Of a stretch of DNA of 42,010 bases, positions 36,812 to 42,010 are shown piece after piece (the stretch's first letter is position 1; the number at the start of each line of letters is the position of its first letter). The notes beneath the pieces are model-generated. The model was not told the DNA's origin and made no database searches. It saw nothing but the letters and a program-made list of their open reading frames with translations. The stretch spans positions 1 to 42,010 of the forward strand of contig CALXVN010000001.1 in NCBI GenBank assembly GCA_944392085.1, in the 5' to 3' direction. The position numbers and the translations under genes are program-made. This DNA comes from an uncultured Clostridia bacterium. Lineage in GTDB: Bacteria; Bacillota; Clostridia; TANB77; CAG-508.

Positions 36812-38296
36812 ATGGAAAAAGGAAGTATTTTAACTATATTTAATATTAATTTAAAAAATTATAATAATGAATTAGAGAAGATTTTAGAAAATAAATTATT
36901 TTCTTATGATGCAAAAAATTTATTACTAAGTATGTTATATAAAATAGAAAATGCATATAAAGATTATGAAGCAGTAAAGGTAGAAGTTCCAACAAAAAAT
37001 GAATATATAGAAAATATTTTAAGAATAATAAAGGAAAAAGCAACTAAAATACTAATTGCAAAAATTGGCAGTGAAGAGGCAAAAGAATTAGAAAAAGCAG
37101 GGGTAACCTATAAAGTTGATAAAAATAATGGAGAAATAGTTTGTTTTCAAAATGAAATAACTATGCTAATTGCATTATTAAAATTGGATGAAACAGAATT
37201 TAAGCTTAAGGGTATAAAAAATTATGCGCAGATACCTATGTGTGAAATGATAAATCATGGAAAAATGGAAGCAAATTTGGAAGTTATAAGAAATTTTAAT
37301 GGTTGGTCATGGGAGATTTTAATAAACGAAATAAAAAATATAGAGTATAATTTTATATATCAAAATTTACTTTTATTATATGGAAAAAATTTACTTAAAC
37401 TTAAAGATAAAATACCAGACAATATAATAAAAATGGCAATAAAAAAATATATTTTAGATGATGAAAATAATAAGTATAAAAAAGAATTAAAAGATATTGA
37501 AAAAAACAAAAAAGAAAGATTAAGTTTATTTAAAAACAAAAAAGAGTTTATAAATCAGATAACTCAAGAAAAGAAAGAATATACAAAACAAATAGAAAAA
37601 ATAGACAAAATGATAAATAATAATGAGGAATTAAGAAAAGAATATTTTGCAAGAAATGAAAAATTGCCTAACAAAGAAAAAATATTTAGTGTAAGCTTTT
37701 TGGTGAAAATCTTAGATAAGGAAAGAGAAGAACTTTTAGAAAAAATAGATGAGTGTAATAAAATAATTTTGCCAAAAGAGTATATAGCTCAAAAGCAAAA
37801 AATAGAAGCAGAACTGGAATTTATTGAAAATATATTTGATAAAAAAATAGAGGACTATATATTAGAGATTTGCAAGGAGTTTTTACAAAAAGCAAGAGAG
37901 CAGATAGAAAAGATAAATGATGAAAATAAAAAAGAATTAATAAAGTGGATTTATAAAATAAGATATTATAGATATATTCCAATAAATAACCATGAGTATA
38001 TAAAAGATATAAAAGCTATTGAGGAAGATTTTGAAAATGTAATAAAAGAAATTATAAAAAAGGCTCAAAAACTTAAAATTTGGGATATATTCACTGATAA
38101 TTTTAACCTAACATATATGGTACTAAAAGAGATATTTGATACAAAGATTATTTACTTAGAAGAAATAAATATGAGTTTTAGTTATGAAAATAATATGTTA
38201 TATGTGGAATATTATGATGATGATATAATAGAAAGTTCTATAAAATTTGAAGTGGATAATGTTAAGATTAAGAAAAAAGTTAAATTGTTCATATGA
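36812..38296 (+). CDS. Hypothetical about 494-aa Lys/Glu/Ile/Asn-rich cytoplasmic protein, family not recognised
   Basis: Long uninterrupted ORF. AAAGAGG lies 7 nt upstream of the ATG at 36812. No TM segments or motifs I can name. Confidence 0.7.
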   Translation: MEKGSILTIFNINLKNYNNELEKILENKLFSYDAKNLLLSMLYKIENAYKDYEAVKVEVPTKNEYIENILRIIKEKATKILIAKIGSEEAKELEKAGVTYKVDKNNGEIVCFQNEITMLIALLKLDETEFKLKGIKNYAQIPMCEMINHGKMEANLEVIRNFNGWSWEILINEIKNIEYNFIYQNLLLLYGKNLLKLKDKIPDNIIKMAIKKYILDDENNKYKKELKDIEKNKKERLSLFKNKKEFINQITQEKKEYTKQIEKIDKMINNNEELRKEYFARNEKLPNKEKIFSVSFLVKILDKEREELLEKIDECNKIILPKEYIAQKQKIEAELEFIENIFDKKIEDYILEICKEFLQKAREQIEKINDENKKELIKWIYKIRYYRYIPINNHEYIKDIKAIEEDFENVIKEIIKKAQKLKIWDIFTDNFNLTYMVLKEIFDTKIIYLEEINMSFSYENNMLYVEYYDDDIIESSIKFEVDNVKIKKKVKLFI

Positions 38297-38316
38297 GTTG
38301 AAATTATTAATCTTAT

Positions 38317-38398
38317 ATTTCCGTCGCATCTTAGTCGGAAATGCACATTTTCTTTCTCCAAGAATTCAAAAGAAAAGTGCATTTCCTGCGTGCGACTG
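38317..38398 (+). repeat. Class-B repeat, copy B
   Basis: TCCGTCGCATCTTAGTCGG at 38320-38338, then the hairpin GGAAATGCACATTTTCTTT ... AAAGAAAAGTGCATTTCC (38337-38386). Confidence 0.85.
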
Positions 38399-38453
38399 CT
38401 GTGTAATAATTTTTTAGTAACGATATTTTTGATAATAATAAGGAGGAAATTTG

Positions 38454-40104
38454 ATGAAGGTTACTTTTTTAGGAGCAACAAAAACGGTTACTGGATCTAA
38501 CTTTTTAGTGGAAGGAGCAGGCAAAAAGTTTTTGGTAGATTGCGGAATGTATCAAGGTTCTGCTTCTGATGAATTTGAAAATGAAGCTCCATTTTTATTT
38601 AATGTAAATGAAATAGATTTTGTATTACTTACACATGCACATATAGATCATTCAGGAAGAATTCCAAAATTATATAATGAAGGTTATAGAAACCAAGTAA
38701 TAGCTACTAAAGCAACGTGTGATTTATGTGCAATTATGCTTCCAGATAGTGGTCATATTCAAGAAATGGAAGTAGAGTGGAAGAATAAAAAGAGGGAAAG
38801 AAAAGGAGAAAAGCCACTTCCACCATTATATACAGCAGAGGATGCAGCAAAGTCTTTAGAAATCTTTAGACCAGTTCAATATAATGAAATAGTAGAAATA
38901 AGTGATAATATACAAGTTAGATTTAATGATGCAGGACACATGCTTCGGGTCTGCAATAATTGAAGTATGGGTTACTGAAAATGGTAAAAGAGAAAAAATT
39001 GTATTTACAGGGGATTTAGGAAATAACGATATTCCACTTTTATCACCTCCTACAATGATAAGTGATGCAGATTATTTAGTAATGGAGTCAACTTATGGAA
39101 ATAGACTTCATATAAGAAACGATGATAAAGCAAAGATGTTCCTAGATGTTGTATATGAAACACTTGAAAAAGGTGGAACAGTAGTAATACCATCATTTGC
39201 AGTAGGAAGAACTCAAGAAATATTATATGAATTAAATAGAATAAAAGAAGTTGAACATAGTGAAGAATTTTACAAAAAATATCAAAAATTAATGAGTGTA
39301 CCAGTATATGTTGATAGTCCTCTTGCAATATCTGCAACAGAAGTGTTTAAAGAAAATATGAATTTATTTAATGAAGAAACACAAGAAATTATAAATGAGG
39401 GGGATAATCCATTAGAATTTGATGGACTAAAATTTACAAGAACAGCAGATGAATCAAAGGAATTAAATGCAAGCGAGAAGTCTTCAATTATAATATCTGC
39501 AAGTGGTATGTGCGAAGTAGGTAGAATAAAACATCATTTAAAACATCATTTGTGGGATCCAAATAGTACAATTCTATTTGTTGGGTATCAAGCACCAGGT
39601 ACTCTAGGAAGAAAATTAGTAGATGGAGATAAAAAGGTAAAAATATTTGGTGAAGAAATTGCTGTAAATGCTAGAATTGAATATATAGAAGGATATTCTG
39701 GACATGCTGACCAAGAATGGCTTATGAACTTTGTGTATTCATTTACAAATCCACCAAAACATATCTTTTTAGTACATGGAGAAAAAGAAGGACAAATTGA
39801 GTTAAAGGGAAAATTAGAGGAAAGTACACAGATACCAGTAACAATTCCAGATTTTGGTGAAACTTATGAATTAAATGATGAATTACAAATGATAGGAAAG
39901 ACTAAAGATACAGTTAAAGAAAGATATTTAAGATTAGATGTATTAGAAAGAATGAATACATTAAAAGAAGAATTAGAAGATATGGCAAGTATTGTAAAAG
40001 AAGAATATTTGGATAAAAATGCAAGTGATGAAGATATTATAAGAATAAAAGAGAGATTAAAAGAGCTTGAACAACAAATTGTGAAAATTGTTGAAAACAA
40101 GTAA
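38454..40104 (+). CDS. MBL-fold beta-CASP hydrolase (RNA-metabolising type), interrupted: frame break at CTT-CGG (38943-38948)
   Basis: HxHxDH (THAHIDHSGR). ORF 1 ends ...RFNDAGHML-R-VCNN*. The +1 frame from 38947 reads GSAIIEVWVTENGK..., restoring the family AGHxLGSA motif. Confidence 0.85.
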
Positions 40105-40118
40105 AGAAGGAGAAACAG

Positions 40119-42010
40119 ATGAGAAACAAGTATTTTAATGATGCTATAATTGGAGGAAAAGATATAACAGCAAGTTATACAAAAAATGGTGAACTATTAA
40201 GAGCCATGTATAATACACCGGATTTTAGGCAATTTTTAGATTTTTTTCATACAGGGGTAAAAATAAATGATTCATGTATGATATATTTGCATGAGGACCA
40301 AAACAATAGGTATCATCAGTATTATACTGAAGATACAAATGTTTTAAATACAGAAATTGAAAATACATATTTCAATTTACAAATAAAGCAAGTAGATTTT
40401 GTATCAATGAAAAATAGTGTTTTAGTTAAAAGATATATTTTCAAAAATAATAATGTTATAGATTTAAATGTAAATTTCCTAATTCATTCAAAATTATTAT
40501 CAAATCCAAATAATATGGTAGGTTCAAAAATAGAAAATAATGTACTTATGCAATATAGCCATAATAATACGATGTGTATGTTTTCTAAAAATGCCATTGC
40601 TTCACACCAACTAAATGATACTGATAATAATATAGGAAGCGGAGTAATTAGAGATAAAGATTATATTGGAATGAGTGCAGATTCTAGTATAAATTATGAA
40701 ATTGGGATTATAAAACCGGGAGAAAGCAAAGAGTTAGATATTTTCATGTATTTTATAGATAATCAAAAAATCTCACAAGAAGAAATGTGGAAGAATATAG
40801 AAAATATAAAAAAGCAGGATGTGGCACATGAACAAATATCTGTAGAAAAATATTGGAAAAAATATGTAAAAGACCACATAAACATAGAATTAAAAGAAGA
40901 AAATAGCGAATATAATAAAAAGTATAATAAAGTATATAAAAGAAGCATATTGCTATTTCCATTACTTACAAATAAAGAAACAGGAGGAGTTGCAGCAGCA
41001 GTAGAAGTAGATGAAAATTTATCACAATGCGGAAGATATGGATATTGCTGGCCTCGTGATGCAGTATTTATAACAAGAGCATTTGATAAAGTGAAAATGG
41101 AAAAAGAAGCAGATAAATTTTATAAAGTTTTTTGCAAAAATACACAAAGCAAAAATGGAATGTGGGAACAAAGATTTTACACAGATGGAAGGCTAGCACC
41201 ATGCTGGGGCTACCAAATTGATGAAACAGCAGGAGTAGTATATGGAGCTTATGAACATTATGTAGCAACAGGCGATAAAAAATTCTTAAAAGATGTGCTA
41301 AAAATGTGCGAAAATGCAGTAAAGTTTTTATTTGTATATATGGATAATATTTTGGATTTACATGATGACAGCGACATAGTTAAAAATGAGATAGAAAAAA
41401 CATATCATACAGAAGAAAGAAACAAACTTCCAGTAAGCTATGACTTATGGGAAATGCATGAAGGAGTACATTTATATTCATTAGCTAGTATATATGCAGC
41501 TTTTGAAACTATAAAAAAAATGTATAAAGTATTTAAGCCAGAATATGAAGAAAAAAATAGATTAAAACTAGAAAGTGTAAATAAGATTGAAAAGAAAATA
41601 GAATTCTATAAAAAAGAAATAAAAAAATACATAGATAAAAACATGTATAATGAGAAAAGTAATACATTAAAGCGAAATACTAACGATGAGCTTGCAGATA
41701 TATGTGTAATTGGAAGTGTAGTTCCATTTAAATTATATACTGCAAAAGAAAAGAAAATTGCTAACACAGTAGAAAAAATAAATATGACATTAAGGACATA
41801 TACAGGAGGATATTTGCGCTTTGAAGGAGACCATTATAGAGAAGGAAAAAGCCCATGGTCAATATCAACCTTGTGGATGGCAATGTACTATAAAGAAATA
41901 GGTGAAAGAAACAAGGCAGAAGAATGTATAAAGTTTATAGTAAATAGCGCAAACGAGCACGGCTTCATCGGCGAGCAAATAGATAACCAAACCATGCAGC
42001 CAAACTGGGT
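40119..42010 (+). CDS. GH15 glucoamylase-like glycoside hydrolase (3' end outside the window); absent from the ORF track because it has no stop
   Basis: AAGAAGGAG lies 6 nt upstream of the ATG. The frame is open to the window end by hand translation. GRYGYCWPRDAVFITRAF, WGYQIDETAG and YDLWEMHEG resemble GH15 catalytic-domain motifs. Confidence 0.85.
   Translation, partial: MRNKYFNDAIIGGKDITASYTKNGELLRAMYNTPDFRQFLDFFHTGVKINDSCMIYLHEDQNNRYHQYYTEDTNVLNTEIENTYFNLQIKQVDFVSMKNSVLVKRYIFKNNNVIDLNVNFLIHSKLLSNPNNMVGSKIENNVLMQYSHNNTMCMFSKNAIASHQLNDTDNNIGSGVIRDKDYIGMSADSSINYEIGIIKPGESKELDIFMYFIDNQKISQEEMWKNIENIKKQDVAHEQISVEKYWKKYVKDHINIELKEENSEYNKKYNKVYKRSILLFPLLTNKETGGVAAAVEVDENLSQCGRYGYCWPRDAVFITRAFDKVKMEKEADKFYKVFCKNTQSKNGMWEQRFYTDGRLAPCWGYQIDETAGVVYGAYEHYVATGDKKFLKDVLKMCENAVKFLFVYMDNILDLHDDSDIVKNEIEKTYHTEERNKLPVSYDLWEMHEGVHLYSLASIYAAFETIKKMYKVFKPEYEEKNRLKLESVNKIEKKIEFYKKEIKKYIDKNMYNEKSNTLKRNTNDELADICVIGSVVPFKLYTAKEKKIANTVEKINMTLRTYTGGYLRFEGDHYREGKSPWSISTLWMAMYYKEIGERNKAEECIKFIVNSANEHGFIGEQIDNQTMQPNW

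Noticed and set aside
24294-38398. The two class-B direct repeats considered as attL/attR of a 14-kb integrated element
   Set aside because: The intervening genes are core housekeeping genes (mutL, miaA, sepF, divIVA, rsmD, ftsK) with no integrase or phage/ICE genes. The repeats are better explained as dispersed structured elements.

Overview
AT-rich (by eye roughly 25-30% GC) chromosomal window from an endospore-forming Firmicute of clostridial type (ylbJ, yaaL-bofA, sepF-divIVA, a serS T-box, a glmS ribozyme). It holds about 40 genes, mostly housekeeping: tRNA-Gln, ylbJ, mgtA, deoD, an acyl-CoA ligase, engB, serS, a CaCA-type exchanger, yaaL, bofA, glmS, rpsF-ssb-rpsR, a patatin-like lipase, a ZnuABC-type metal importer with two extra membrane-anchored ORFs, trpS, obg, mutL, miaA, sepF, divIVA, rsmD, a six-module FN3 surface protein, ftsK, a beta-CASP MBL hydrolase and a partial GH15 glycosidase. 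Main observations follow. (1) By manual scan of about 12,000 codons, CGG is in frame only four times. Each time it sits exactly where the gene needs a +1 shift (skip the C, read GGN as Gly). Three genes are split there (acyl-CoA ligase, metal ABC permease, MBL hydrolase), and bofA would end sensibly there. This suggests either CGG-triggered +1 or quadruplet decoding, or a systematic sequence artefact. (2) There are several families of GC-rich palindromic repeats. One family has a GGGACAGG core and abuts ribosome-binding sites. One pair shows compensatory stem changes. A 35-bp-arm palindrome fills the serS-engB gap. (3) Several small genes with good signals are missing from the ORF track: two tandem tiny Cys-rich membrane peptides, a 58-aa Cys-knuckle protein and a 46-aa basic peptide. 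A 79-aa ORF that is in the track is an outlier in base composition. (4) A small accessory islet lies between obg and mutL. All product calls rest on motif recognition from memory; no database search or computation beyond hand counting was possible.
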